DNA from: a virus
Taxonomy: Duplodnaviria; Caudoviricetes
Virus record (IMG/VR): IMGVR_UViG_3300031588_000004
Location: 1-37,394 of that record
DNA length: 37,394 bases
Direction: 5' to 3' (one strand)
Shown: positions 1 to 9,050 of the stretch, piece by piece
Layout: every line of letters starts with the position of its first letter
How positions within the stretch are numbered: the stretch's first letter is position 1
Notes under the pieces: generated by a model
What the model was told of the DNA's origin: nothing
What the model saw: the letters and a program-made list of their open reading frames with translations, nothing else
Databases searched by the model: none
Position numbers and translations under genes: made by a program

Positions 1-683
1 GGCCAATGGACGAGGCTGGGAACAGAGAGAACTCGATGCGGATCGAGGCGGGTCAGCGTCTGGGTGAACTCTTCGCACCGTACATGGGTGACTTGACGCA
101 GAAGTTCAAGCGCACTGCGGAAACTGCGACCTTTGGCCTTGTCGATGCAGTCACCCCCGACATTACGAAGCAAGAGAAGGTTCCCGGCACGGGTTCCAAT
201 GTGATGCCAATGTCCAAGATTGCACGCCTCATGGCTGTGCTGAACATGGGCAACGCGGGGAACCTCCAGAGACTGACTGACGGTTACGGGTGGAGCCAGT
301 CCGATGCTCTGGCAATTCTCGACACTCTTACCAAGGAGGACATGGATTTCGTCCAGGGTGTTTGGGATTACATCGAGGAATACTGGGGCGACGTGTCAGA
401 CCTACAGCGCAGGATTGCAGGCGTGGCTCCGAAGAAGATCAAGCGGCAAGCCATCGAGACGCGGCACGGGACTTATGCCGGTGGATACTTCCCGGTCAAG
501 TACGACAGCTCGCAAACCCCCCAGGCGTGGCAGGATTCCGTTGCCGATGCTGCCCAAAACATGATGTCCACGGTGCGCGGCAAGGCGAAGACACAAGACT
601 CATTTACGAAGCAGCGCGTGCGGAAGGTGGTAGACCGGCAGATCCAGCTTGACTTCGGTGTCATCTTCGGACATGTGGGTGAC
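1..683. repeat. Terminal direct repeat, left copy (683 bp)
   Basis: GGCCAATGGACGAGG...CATGTGGGTGAC matches 36712-37394. I found one mismatch (C69 vs A36780), and the ORF track confirms it (AKSSPRR vs AKISPRR). Confidence 0.98.
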
Positions 684-1886
684 GTGGTGCATCGTCTGGC
701 GTGGCAGGAATGGCTCATGGATACGGGCAGGCTGCTAGCCGACAAGCGAGTCGCGGGTGCCATCATGCAAGGTTACGGGGTTCCCGTGTACCGGACCATG
801 ATAAAGGCCCACGAGGATATTGCTTCGGGTGACGTGCCTGCCGAGATGGGATGGGAGCAAGCAGTCAACTGGATGCGGAAGGGCTCGAGCATTGCGGGCA
901 TGGGACTCAGCATTACAACCGCATTGTATCAGCCCTTTGGGCTTACCCAGTCGATGCGAAGGATTGGTCCCAAGTGGGTGGGGCGCGGCATTGCTAAGTG
1001 GTGGCGTGGTCCCGAAGAGATGAACAACACGGTTGAGTGGATCTACTCCCTTTCGTCGATGATGAAGAACAGGGGGACGGTGGCGACCTCTGACATGAAT
1101 CGTGAGATTCGCGAGGTGCAGAGTGATCTGACCGAGGGTGGCGTGCTCACCCCGGCAGCAAAAAGCTATTTCTACCTCGTTGTCAAATCCCAGATTCTTG
1201 CAGACGTACCGACATGGCTGGGAGCCTACGAGAAGGAAATGGAGATCGGTTCGGGTGACGAGTCCCGTGCGGTGGCAATGGCAGACCGTGCAGTCATCGA
1301 CGCGCAGGGTGGCGGCCAGATTCAAGACCAGGCGGCTATTCAGCGCGGCGGGCCACTGATGAAGGCATGGACGAACTTCTACAGCTTTTTCAATACCACC
1401 TGGAACAACACCGCAGAGTCGTATCGCAGGACTGACTTCCGAAAGCCCGACGAGTTTGGGAAGTTCTTGGTGGACATGCTGCTGCTCTACACCCTCCCAG
1501 CCGTTCTCTCTGACCTGATGAAGGATGCGATCATGGGAACTGGGGACGAGGACGAGGGTTTTCTTGAGTATGCCCTCCGCTCGCAGGCTGGTTATATGCT
1601 GAGCACGTTGGTGGGCGTCAGAGAGTTTGGCGGAATCGCGACGGGTTACATGGACTGGAGCGGGCCTGCTGGAGTGCGCGGGTTTGAAGCCGCCAACGCA
1701 TTAGGCAAGCAGATTGGTCAAGGTGATGCCGACGCTGCGCTGTTCAAGTCAGCGGTTCATGCGGCGGGGATTTTCCTCCATCTTCCCTCGGTGGCGATTA
1801 TGCGTGCCGTGGAGGGTGGCGAGGCATTGATTGAGGGCGAAACAAGTAATCCGGCTGCGCTTCTTTTAGGCGCACCCAAGGAGTAA
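1..1886 (+). CDS. 3' part of the giant ejection/polyvalent protein that starts at 29391 (not a stand-alone 626-aa gene)
   Basis: Met at 6 equals Met at 36717, which is in frame with the ATG at 29391. The frame ends at TAA 1884-1886. The sequence is helical with hydrophobic C-terminal segments. Confidence 0.93.
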   Translation, partial: PMDEAGNRENSMRIEAGQRLGELFAPYMGDLTQKFKRTAETATFGLVDAVTPDITKQEKVPGTGSNVMPMSKIARLMAVLNMGNAGNLQRLTDGYGWSQSDALAILDTLTKEDMDFVQGVWDYIEEYWGDVSDLQRRIAGVAPKKIKRQAIETRHGTYAGGYFPVKYDSSQTPQAWQDSVADAAQNMMSTVRGKAKTQDSFTKQRVRKVVDRQIQLDFGVIFGHVGDVVHRLAWQEWLMDTGRLLADKRVAGAIMQGYGVPVYRTMIKAHEDIASGDVPAEMGWEQAVNWMRKGSSIAGMGLSITTALYQPFGLTQSMRRIGPKWVGRGIAKWWRGPEEMNNTVEWIYSLSSMMKNRGTVATSDMNREIREVQSDLTEGGVLTPAAKSYFYLVVKSQILADVPTWLGAYEKEMEIGSGDESRAVAMADRAVIDAQGGGQIQDQAAIQRGGPLMKAWTNFYSFFNTTWNNTAESYRRTDFRKPDEFGKFLVDMLLLYTLPAVLSDLMKDAIMGTGDEDEGFLEYALRSQAGYMLSTLVGVREFGGIATGYMDWSGPAGVRGFEAANALGKQIGQGDADAALFKSAVHAAGIFLHLPSVAIMRAVEGGEALIEGETSNPAALLLGAPKE

Positions 1887-1890
1887 ACCA

Positions 1891-4152
1891 ATGACAATCT
1901 CCACAGAATCCACGCGGGTGGAGTACACAGGCGACGGGGCAACTTTACCGTTTGCCGTACCCTTCAAGTTTCTGGTCAAGACCGACATCGTGGTGGTGTT
2001 GCGTACAATCCTGACCGGCGTGGACGCCGTACAAACGCTGTACACGCACTACACGGTTACGGGTGCCGGGGATGCGAGCGGCACGGTTACGTTCGTTACA
2101 GCCCCTCCTAGCACGCAGAGGGTGGTGATTTACAACGATCCGCCTTTGACCCAACTCGTGGACTATATCGCGGGTGGGACATTCCCTGCGGAGACGCACG
2201 AGGAGGCTCTAGACCGTCTTACGATTCAGCAGAAGCGGACCCGTGAGATTACGACTCGAGCGATTCTTTTGCCGGATGCGGATACGGATGGGTCTGGTGC
2301 TTACGATGCGAAGAGCAACCGGATCAAGAACCTTTCCCCGCCGACTGCTACGACCGACGCAGCGTCGAAGGTCTATGTGGATTCAACGGTAAGCACAACC
2401 ATTGGCCCCATACCCACGAGTGACGCCTATGTAACTGCCACGGGTAGCATCACCTCCAGGAAACTGGCCGACCGATGGGCTGAGATCAAGAACGTCAAGG
2501 ACTTCGGTGCGGTAGGGGACGGGGTAACGGATGACACGGCTGCCCTAGTTGCTACTGCGGCTGCATCTGCGGCTGCACCCGGCAGTACAGTGGTGTTCGC
2601 TCCAGGCACTTATATGTGGGACGGAACTACGCTGGCCTTCGGAGATAACTTCAACCTCCAGGGTCACGGTGCTACGATCAAGATGATAGCCGGGACGTAT
2701 AGCGGATATACTTATGCCATATCCAGCCGAATACCTCCAACTCCGCTCGGGTATGACGCGGGGCTCACACAGCATAACGACATCCGAATATCCGGCCTAA
2801 CCATCGACGGTAACTACTCCAACGTAACAATGACCACGGGAAGCCTCTGCGGTATCTACCTAGAGTCCTGTACTAATGTGACTATCGAAGACGTAACTGT
2901 GTTCGACTGTGCTGGTGCGGATGGTTCACTCCCCGGGGTGGACATTTTTTATTGCACCGATGTACACATTCGGGGACATAAGTCTTACAACACCGACCGC
3001 CAGAACATTCAGTTCTGGGAGTCCACAGGGTCTTTGATCGACAGCACCCTTGGCCTCAGTCGCTACAGAGACTGCCTAATTGCGTCCTCCGCTTCACCTA
3101 CACCGGACTTCCAAGGAAGCAAGCTGGACGTAACCAGCGTCAACATGGACAACACCGGCACCACGGCTGGGACCCATGTAGTTCGGTACTCTGGACACTC
3201 TGATGGGGTAATACGCTCCTGCAACATTACAGGCGATGGCGGCCTCGATGGGGTCTACCTGACTGACGTGGGAGCCCATATCCTGCTGGTGGAGGATAAC
3301 TACATTTCTGGCTGTGAGTACGGGTTCTTAATTGAGTCCACTACCAACGGGAGGAAAGTAACATCCTTTAATAATAGGTACACCAACTGCACGAACGGCA
3401 TTCGGTGGAACGCAGGTGGTAGCGATAACGTGTTCTCGTCTATCAGTGACAGGATCACAGGGGCAACAGCCCAGTCATTCTACATTTCCACATGCAACGA
3501 TGTGCATATCACTAATCTGAACGCTTCCGGTGGTACTAGCCCTGTCTCCATTCTGACCTTCAATACCCTTAATATCAACGGTATGAATATCCAAGGTCAC
3601 ACAGATGCCAGCTACGCTCTCAACGTCAGTTCAGCAACGCAGACCGCACTTCCCAATATCAGCGGTGTCGTGATGCTGAGTAACACTTCGGACGCCATGA
3701 GTCTGGCATATGGTGCCAACGTACAAGGCACCACAGGAACCCAGGCAGGGGCAGGTCCGTACCTAACTCGGCTTGGCACGGGATACCTTTGGCGAGATGG
3801 CACGGGCGATCTTAGAATAAACTACGGCGTGCCAGCGACCGATACTTCTGGTGTCGCGGTTGGTACACAGTTTGCTGCGATTGCGATAGTGACCCTCGAC
3901 AACACGGGAACACCGACAGTCAGCGGTGGGAATGTATTCATTACCGGAGGGGTGGCCACCATCACCGACTTCGATGACGGCGTGCTCGGCCAGACCATCA
4001 CAGTGCTCTCAGAGCACGCAGTCACGATCACAGACGGTACAAACATCATCCTCAACGGTTCAGCCAACTTCGTCATGGCTGCCTCTGACTCGCTGACCTT
4101 GGTGCTCAAAGCTGACAACAAGTGGTATGAAACTGCGAGGATGGTGAACTAG
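1891..4152 (+). CDS. Tailspike/tail fibre 1: T7 gp17-like N-terminal anchor plus pectate-lyase-like beta-helix (753 aa)
   Basis: N-terminus YTGDGATLPFAVPFKFL, the motif VKDFGAVGDGVTDDTAA, and Asn/Gly/Thr/Ile-rich beta-helix repeats. Confidence 0.9.
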   Translation: MTISTESTRVEYTGDGATLPFAVPFKFLVKTDIVVVLRTILTGVDAVQTLYTHYTVTGAGDASGTVTFVTAPPSTQRVVIYNDPPLTQLVDYIAGGTFPAETHEEALDRLTIQQKRTREITTRAILLPDADTDGSGAYDAKSNRIKNLSPPTATTDAASKVYVDSTVSTTIGPIPTSDAYVTATGSITSRKLADRWAEIKNVKDFGAVGDGVTDDTAALVATAAASAAAPGSTVVFAPGTYMWDGTTLAFGDNFNLQGHGATIKMIAGTYSGYTYAISSRIPPTPLGYDAGLTQHNDIRISGLTIDGNYSNVTMTTGSLCGIYLESCTNVTIEDVTVFDCAGADGSLPGVDIFYCTDVHIRGHKSYNTDRQNIQFWESTGSLIDSTLGLSRYRDCLIASSASPTPDFQGSKLDVTSVNMDNTGTTAGTHVVRYSGHSDGVIRSCNITGDGGLDGVYLTDVGAHILLVEDNYISGCEYGFLIESTTNGRKVTSFNNRYTNCTNGIRWNAGGSDNVFSSISDRITGATAQSFYISTCNDVHITNLNASGGTSPVSILTFNTLNINGMNIQGHTDASYALNVSSATQTALPNISGVVMLSNTSDAMSLAYGANVQGTTGTQAGAGPYLTRLGTGYLWRDGTGDLRINYGVPATDTSGVAVGTQFAAIAIVTLDNTGTPTVSGGNVFITGGVATITDFDDGVLGQTITVLSEHAVTITDGTNIILNGSANFVMAASDSLTLVLKADNKWYETARMVN

Positions 4153-4164
4153 ATGCCCACCCTC
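3957..4164 (+). repeat. Copy 1 of a ~210-bp repeat (tailspike C-terminus, stop codon and the next 12 bp)
   Basis: Hand alignment to 6389-6599 gives about 21 mismatches over 193 coding bp plus a 3-bp indel. Both copies end TAGATGCCCACCCTC. Confidence 0.95.
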
Positions 4165-4178
4165 ATAGGAGCAACACG

Positions 4179-6587
4179 ATGACAATCACCAGCACACAAA
4201 ACCGGGTGAGCTATGCGGGCAACGGAGCCCCTGGCGTACCGGGCACCTTGGCCTTTTCGGTGCCGTTCAGGTTCCTCGCCATCAGCGACCTCGTGGTGCT
4301 AGTCCGCGTGGATGCCACGGGAGTGGACACCACCAAGACCTTGGACACGCACTACTCGGTATCGGGTGAGGGTGCAGCCACGGGTGGCACGGTGACGTTT
4401 CTGATTGAGGATGGGGAGCCTCAGACCGGCGAGACTCTAATCATCTACGGCAACCCTGCGATGACGCAGTTGGTGGACTACATCGCTGGCGGCACGTTTC
4501 CCGCAGAGTCTCACGAGGAGGCGCTGGATCGTCTGACGCTGCAAAGCACTCGGACCCGCGAGATTGCAGAGCGTGCGCTGCCGTTGACTGACTCGTCCAC
4601 GGATGGGTCGGGGCAGTATGACGCCAACAGCAACCGCATAAGCAACCTGGGCACGCCTACGGCCACCACGGATGCAGCGACGAAGACGTACACAGATACG
4701 CTTGTGAATAACACTGCGCTGGGTCCGGCACCTACGGGGCTGATTGCTACGGGGTCGGTGACCTCGAGGTTGTTGGCTGACCGATGGGGTGAGATCAAGA
4801 ACGTCAAGGACTTTGGTGCGACTGGTGACGGCGTAACCGATGACACCGTAGCCATACAGGCGGCAGTGGACGCCGTGACCACTGCGGGTGGTGGGGTCTT
4901 CTTTCCTGATGGGCAGTATGGGCTCAGTTCTCAGATTACTATCGAGTCCACCAAGCCCGTAAACTTGTTCGGCTCTGGGTTTGGGGCTGCGAACGGTTCC
5001 GACACCTCTATGGCTGGCTATGGCCCACACATCTACCCCATGAACTCCTTCGCCGGCTTTGCAGCCGATGCCCGGAGCCTCATCAGATACCAAGGTGGTA
5101 CAGGTTACGGGGCCGCAGGTATCATCAACGGACTCACCTTTGCTGATACGTCTAACGGTGCAAGCGCGACGAATGACAAGCGTGGGCACCTTATTGACGC
5201 CGCTCTTTTCCTAGAAGACTTCAGTTTTGGTCAGGTACAGAACTGCTACTTTCGCCACCTCAACGGCTCGTGCATCGAAGCTCAGAACATGACAATGGGC
5301 AACATCGAGAATTGTTACTTCTTGTATAGCGGGCGAACGGGACACCCGGCGATCTACTTAAACGGTACGGTGTACGGCGTCCCACAGAGTCTTAGTTTCG
5401 AGAACTGCAAGGTGGAGGTTTGTTTCGACGAGCCATACCTGAAAATTTCCAACGGCGGTTCCGTTAAGGTTCTCGCCTCCGGCTTTGAGTCACACTCAAC
5501 CCCAACTGGTGGAGCGGGTGTGCTGGCTGCAACCGGACAAACCTTCATCGCATTCACAGACGGAGGGGGCAACAACCATATTTCAGACTGCCACTTTAAC
5601 AGGACTACAGGCACAGCGGTTACCATTGCTGCTGCCACTGCTCCCAATCTAATCAGGAACAGCCATTGGTCTACGACTGAGGGTATGTGTATTGAAACGG
5701 ATGCCTCATCACAGTTTCAGGGTATTCAAGGCTGCCACTTCTATAGTGGTGGATCTGATGACTATGCCGTCAAGCTAGGCGGGACTGGTTGCAGCATAAG
5801 TGACAGCCAGTTCCGGTCTACAACCGGGGTCAAGCTCTCCGGTGTGGGTTGTCGGGCTACGGGCAACGTGTTTGAACTTGCCCGAACTACAGACACAGGT
5901 GCAGCAGAGGGCATTATCTACGTCACCGGGGCGAGGTCGGAGGTCAGTAATAATGCCCTATCGTGGCAAAACACTGGCGGTACAGCCGATATAACAGCAA
6001 TACACATGGCAACATACGGGCCGGTCAGTGGTAACACCTTCTACAACAAAGCCACCGGGCTTGCTTCAATGACTTGCATCGACATTGCTTCCGGGGGTTG
6101 CTCGGTTACTAATAACTACTTCTGGCCCGGCGCTCTCGCAGAGATCAACTTCAATGGGCAAGAGTACCGAACGTATTCGTGGGGCAACAACGTGCTTGGA
6201 TACAACGCAGCCTCAGACGGTGGTTACACCACCATGCTGCCCGTGTTGCGTGCCAGTGCGCCGACCCTAGCCGCCGAGGTTTGGAACAATGGCGGCAAGC
6301 TCCAGATAGGTCCGGGCATCACTGCCCTCGCAAACAACGCGACCCCACCCGTTGCAGGGGGCTCGACCTTCACCACAGGCGGGACTACCACCATTACCGA
6401 CTTCGATGACGGCACTGTGGGCCAGACCATCACAGTGCTCTCAGAGCACGCGGTCACGATCACAGACGCAACGAACATCATCCTCAACGGCTCGGCCAAC
6501 TTCGTAATGGCTGCCGCTGATTCACTGACGCTTGTGCTCAAAGCCGACAACAAGTGGTATGAGACTGCGAGGATGGTGAACCTCTAG
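4179..6587 (+). CDS. Tailspike/tail fibre 2, paralog of tailspike 1 with a different beta-helix (802 aa)
   Basis: Same anchor (TQLVDYIAGGTFPAEsHEEALDRLT), VKDFGATGDGVTDDT, and a near-identical C-terminus KWYETARMVN. RBS AGGAG upstream. Confidence 0.9.
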   Translation: MTITSTQNRVSYAGNGAPGVPGTLAFSVPFRFLAISDLVVLVRVDATGVDTTKTLDTHYSVSGEGAATGGTVTFLIEDGEPQTGETLIIYGNPAMTQLVDYIAGGTFPAESHEEALDRLTLQSTRTREIAERALPLTDSSTDGSGQYDANSNRISNLGTPTATTDAATKTYTDTLVNNTALGPAPTGLIATGSVTSRLLADRWGEIKNVKDFGATGDGVTDDTVAIQAAVDAVTTAGGGVFFPDGQYGLSSQITIESTKPVNLFGSGFGAANGSDTSMAGYGPHIYPMNSFAGFAADARSLIRYQGGTGYGAAGIINGLTFADTSNGASATNDKRGHLIDAALFLEDFSFGQVQNCYFRHLNGSCIEAQNMTMGNIENCYFLYSGRTGHPAIYLNGTVYGVPQSLSFENCKVEVCFDEPYLKISNGGSVKVLASGFESHSTPTGGAGVLAATGQTFIAFTDGGGNNHISDCHFNRTTGTAVTIAAATAPNLIRNSHWSTTEGMCIETDASSQFQGIQGCHFYSGGSDDYAVKLGGTGCSISDSQFRSTTGVKLSGVGCRATGNVFELARTTDTGAAEGIIYVTGARSEVSNNALSWQNTGGTADITAIHMATYGPVSGNTFYNKATGLASMTCIDIASGGCSVTNNYFWPGALAEINFNGQEYRTYSWGNNVLGYNAASDGGYTTMLPVLRASAPTLAAEVWNNGGKLQIGPGITALANNATPPVAGGSTFTTGGTTTITDFDDGTVGQTITVLSEHAVTITDATNIILNGSANFVMAAADSLTLVLKADNKWYETARMVNL

Positions 6588-6599
6588 ATGCCCACCCTC
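6389..6599 (+). repeat. Copy 2 of the tailspike C-terminal repeat
   Basis: Aligns to 3957-4164 at about 89% identity by hand count. Confidence 0.95.
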
Positions 6600-7490
6600 C
6601 GAGGCAAAGTCTCGCGTCAGCAGTTCCCAGCAGGACGGGACGGGCAGGCCCTTGTGCTGGACACGGCAAGCCCACACGGCATTGCATGGCGCAGTGGCAT
6701 CGACCGGCTGATAACCGACATCACCCCGGAGCTTTCGGGGAGTCTGGACTGCAACAGCTTCGACCTGACGAGTGTGGGGAACATTGGTTTCAGCGCAGTA
6801 ACCGGCACCGTGGCTGGCATCCAGAACCAGAACCTGCTGGACAAGAGCGCCACCGAGACGGTGGCCGGTGCGTGGACATTTGGCGCTGCGTTGACGGTTG
6901 CCACACCTTCCGCCGGCACCCATTCTGCCACCAAGGCTTACGTCGATACGGCAGTGGGTGCTGCACCGCTTGACCGTGCTTGGCTCCATGCCAACGTCAC
7001 CCAGGCATCGGTCTCCTACAGCTCGCTTGCGTTGAATACTGACCACTGGTACAAGCCAACAGCTTGGACGGTGCGGGACTCGAATAACTGGACGCACTCG
7101 AGTGGCGAGTTCACCTATGGCGGTGCGTTTCCAGCCAGTGGTACGCGGAAGTTCTTGGTGAGCTGGGCGCTGTCAGCGGAAAGCTACACGAGCAAAAACT
7201 ACACGAACACAAAGGTCAGAGTGACGAAGGACACAGGCTCAGGCCATGCGGTCGTGCCGGGTTCGGTTGTGAGTTCGACCTGGTACGGAGTTGTCGGCAT
7301 CTTCAGCCTGATATTCAATCGTGCCGATATTGCAGGGTCGTGTGTTGTGTCGATTGCCAGCGGTGACAAGATCGGGCTTGACTGGGGCCTACATTGCAAA
7401 CACAACCCCGGCTCCACATTCAACGCGAGTTGGTACACCTGGGATGACGGCATCATCATCTCGATCACCCCGGTGGACATCAACCCATGA
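6588..7490 (+). CDS. Tail fibre-like protein with a beta-rich (C1q/TNF-like?) tip (300 aa)
   Basis: Fibre motifs DITPELSGSLD, GAWTF and ATKAYVD, with an aromatic beta-rich C-terminal half. It abuts the tailspike 2 stop codon. Confidence 0.6.
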   Translation: MPTLRGKVSRQQFPAGRDGQALVLDTASPHGIAWRSGIDRLITDITPELSGSLDCNSFDLTSVGNIGFSAVTGTVAGIQNQNLLDKSATETVAGAWTFGAALTVATPSAGTHSATKAYVDTAVGAAPLDRAWLHANVTQASVSYSSLALNTDHWYKPTAWTVRDSNNWTHSSGEFTYGGAFPASGTRKFLVSWALSAESYTSKNYTNTKVRVTKDTGSGHAVVPGSVVSSTWYGVVGIFSLIFNRADIAGSCVVSIASGDKIGLDWGLHCKHNPGSTFNASWYTWDDGIIISITPVDINP

Positions 7491-7696
7491 TTAAAACCCT
7501 TTCTGAGATTTTACACATATACAGGGTGGCTTCGGGTGCGACACTTCGGTCTGAGTTGGCTGCAACAATGACCGCTGCTCAGCAGCTCAAGCTGGACGAA
7601 ATCGAGGGACTCCTAATCGAAATTGGAGAGCCGACCTTGGATGACGAACTAGACGCCACGATTGTCGAACTCACAGCGATAAGGGACGAGTTATGA
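7487..7696 (+). CDS. Hypothetical protein (69 aa)
   Basis: ATGA overlaps with the neighbouring genes on both sides. Confidence 0.7.
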   Translation: MIKTLSEILHIYRVASGATLRSELAATMTAAQQLKLDEIEGLLIEIGEPTLDDELDATIVELTAIRDEL

Positions 7697-7845
7697 TTAT
7701 GACGTTGGAACTCTCGAGTGAGCATGTCGAGGTGATTTTGAATGCCTTGGCAGAGCGTCCTCTGCGTGAGACGGTTGCGGCATTTTTATCCGTGCAGCAG
7801 CAGGTGCGGGATCAGAGTCTGGGGGAACCCGATGAGCCAGCATGA
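7693..7845 (+). CDS. Small hypothetical protein (50 aa), below the ORF-track cut-off
   Basis: Hand translation gives MIMTLELSSEHVEVILNALAERPLRETVAAFLSVQQQVRDQSLGEPDEPA. It has an ATGA overlap with the upstream gene and fills the gap to 7832. Confidence 0.7.
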   Translation: MIMTLELSSEHVEVILNALAERPLRETVAAFLSVQQQVRDQSLGEPDEPA

Positions 7846-8155
7846 TCCACTCGACGAGTGGTGGCAGTACATCGTTGCCGGGGTGAGCACTGCGAGTCTG
7901 GCAGTGGCGAGTCATTTGCGGGTGAGGGACCGGGTGAAGACTTTGGAGATCCGCCAGGATGTCATCGAGGATAGGGCGCACCAGCTCGAGGAGACCCACG
8001 ATGCGGTAATCCGGCTGGATGGCAGGATGAACACTCTCGAGACAGACCTGCGGAACAGCGGCGAGGCATTTGCGGCGACGATGAAGGAGACAGGTGAATC
8101 TCAGGCCCGTGTTGAGACTGCGCTGGAGCGCCTGGGAGAGCTTATCAAGCCATGA
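7832..8155 (+). CDS. Membrane-anchored coiled-coil protein (holin/antiholin-like, 107 aa)
   Basis: Start reassigned to the ATG at 7832 after GGGGGA. A hydrophobic stretch WWQYIVAGVSTASLAVA is followed by a coiled coil, directly before the endolysin. Confidence 0.6.
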   Translation: MSQHDPLDEWWQYIVAGVSTASLAVASHLRVRDRVKTLEIRQDVIEDRAHQLEETHDAVIRLDGRMNTLETDLRNSGEAFAATMKETGESQARVETALERLGELIKP

Positions 8156-8484
8156 GGCAGCCACTGACACCCAGCGAGTTTGATGCCGCCTGTAGGCGAC
8201 TGGTGAGGCTTGAGCCCTATCTATCGGAGACTTCGGGGCATAGGACGGTGGCGCGGAACAGAGCGGCTAACGGATCTGACGTGAGCAAGCATCTGCTCGG
8301 CATGGCTCGAGACTTTGCGGTGGATGAGGGGCGCGGACTTTACGCAGCGGAAACGACTGCGGAGGAGTTGGGGCTGTGGGCTGTGGTGCATGACGCAGGC
8401 AGCGGCAGTCATTTACACGTACAAGGACTGGCACCGGGGAATCCACCACGGTGGTGGTCACATAAATTCAACGAAGGAGAATGA
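8152..8484 (+). CDS. Endolysin, peptidase M15 family (110 aa)
   Basis: SGHRT..RN, SKHLLGMARD (H-x6-D zinc ligands) and HLHV motifs. Confidence 0.85.
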   Translation: MRQPLTPSEFDAACRRLVRLEPYLSETSGHRTVARNRAANGSDVSKHLLGMARDFAVDEGRGLYAAETTAEELGLWAVVHDAGSGSHLHVQGLAPGNPPRWWSHKFNEGE

Positions 8485-8485
8485 G

Positions 8486-8674
8486 ATGGACTTTTTGACA
8501 ACGATTCAAGGACTGGACTGGACTGGTATTTTGCAGGCTGCGGTGTCGATTGTGGGTGCGTTTGCGGTAATCGCATCGCTTACCCCCAATTCAAGTGACA
8601 ACGTGATTAGCGACTTCCTGCTGCGCGTGGTCAACGTACTGGGCGGCAATGTGAAGAACGCCGCGAACAAGTAG
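8486..8674 (+). CDS. Putative holin (62 aa)
   Basis: ATG at 8486 after GAAGGAG. Hydrophobic helix, LTPNSSDN turn, then an amphipathic helix. Lies between endolysin and spanins. Confidence 0.65.
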   Translation: MDFLTTIQGLDWTGILQAAVSIVGAFAVIASLTPNSSDNVISDFLLRVVNVLGGNVKNAANK

Positions 8675-8932
8675 ATGAGCGAGCTGCTTGTGCTGCTGCT
8701 GGCATTTTGCGCGGCGCTGGTGCTTGCACTAGGCGGCTGGCTTCGGGCATCTAAGAAGCAGGGCAACCTGGAGGGTCAAGTCGATGCGGGACGTATTCAG
8801 TTGGATAAGGCGAAGCGTGTCCTCGCGGAGTTGGCGCGTGCAGTTCCTCGCGGTCGCACCCTTGCTACTCGGCTTCGGGCTCGGATGCTGCACAAGGCCC
8901 CCGACGATAGGTCCGATCCCCCAGTGTCCTGA
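8675..8932 (+). CDS. Putative i-spanin (Rz-like, 85 aa)
   Basis: N-terminal TM helix followed by a helical domain. It is overlapped out of frame by a lipoprotein gene. Confidence 0.65.
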   Translation: MSELLVLLLAFCAALVLALGGWLRASKKQGNLEGQVDAGRIQLDKAKRVLAELARAVPRGRTLATRLRARMLHKAPDDRSDPPVS

Positions 8933-9047
8933 GCCGACTGAAGAGATGGTTCTAGAGTTGCTGGCGGATGAGATTCCCAGCGCAACGGCTGACTATATCG
9001 GGCGTGTGGAACTGCTGTGCTCGGCGTTGCAAGTGCTAGAAGAATGA
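8784..9047 (+). CDS. Putative o-spanin lipoprotein (Rz1-like); exact start uncertain
   Basis: Hydrophobic LAVAPLLLGFGLG-C followed by Pro-rich TRPPTIGPIPQCPEP. It overlaps the i-spanin in another frame. The lipobox is imperfect. Confidence 0.6.
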   Translation: MRDVFSWIRRSVSSRSWRVQFLAVAPLLLGFGLGCCTRPPTIGPIPQCPEPTEEMVLELLADEIPSATADYIGRVELLCSALQVLEE

Positions 9048-9050
9048 GCC

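Noticed and set aside
6-1886. Stand-alone 626-aa gene as given by the ORF track
   Set aside because: It is the in-frame tail of the gene starting at 29391, seen through the terminal repeat.
3957-6599. Diversity-generating retroelement (TR/VR pair), tempting because of the BPP-1-like structural genes
   Set aside because: There is no reverse transcriptase in the complete genome. The mismatches are mostly third-position and not adenine-specific, and both copies are coding.
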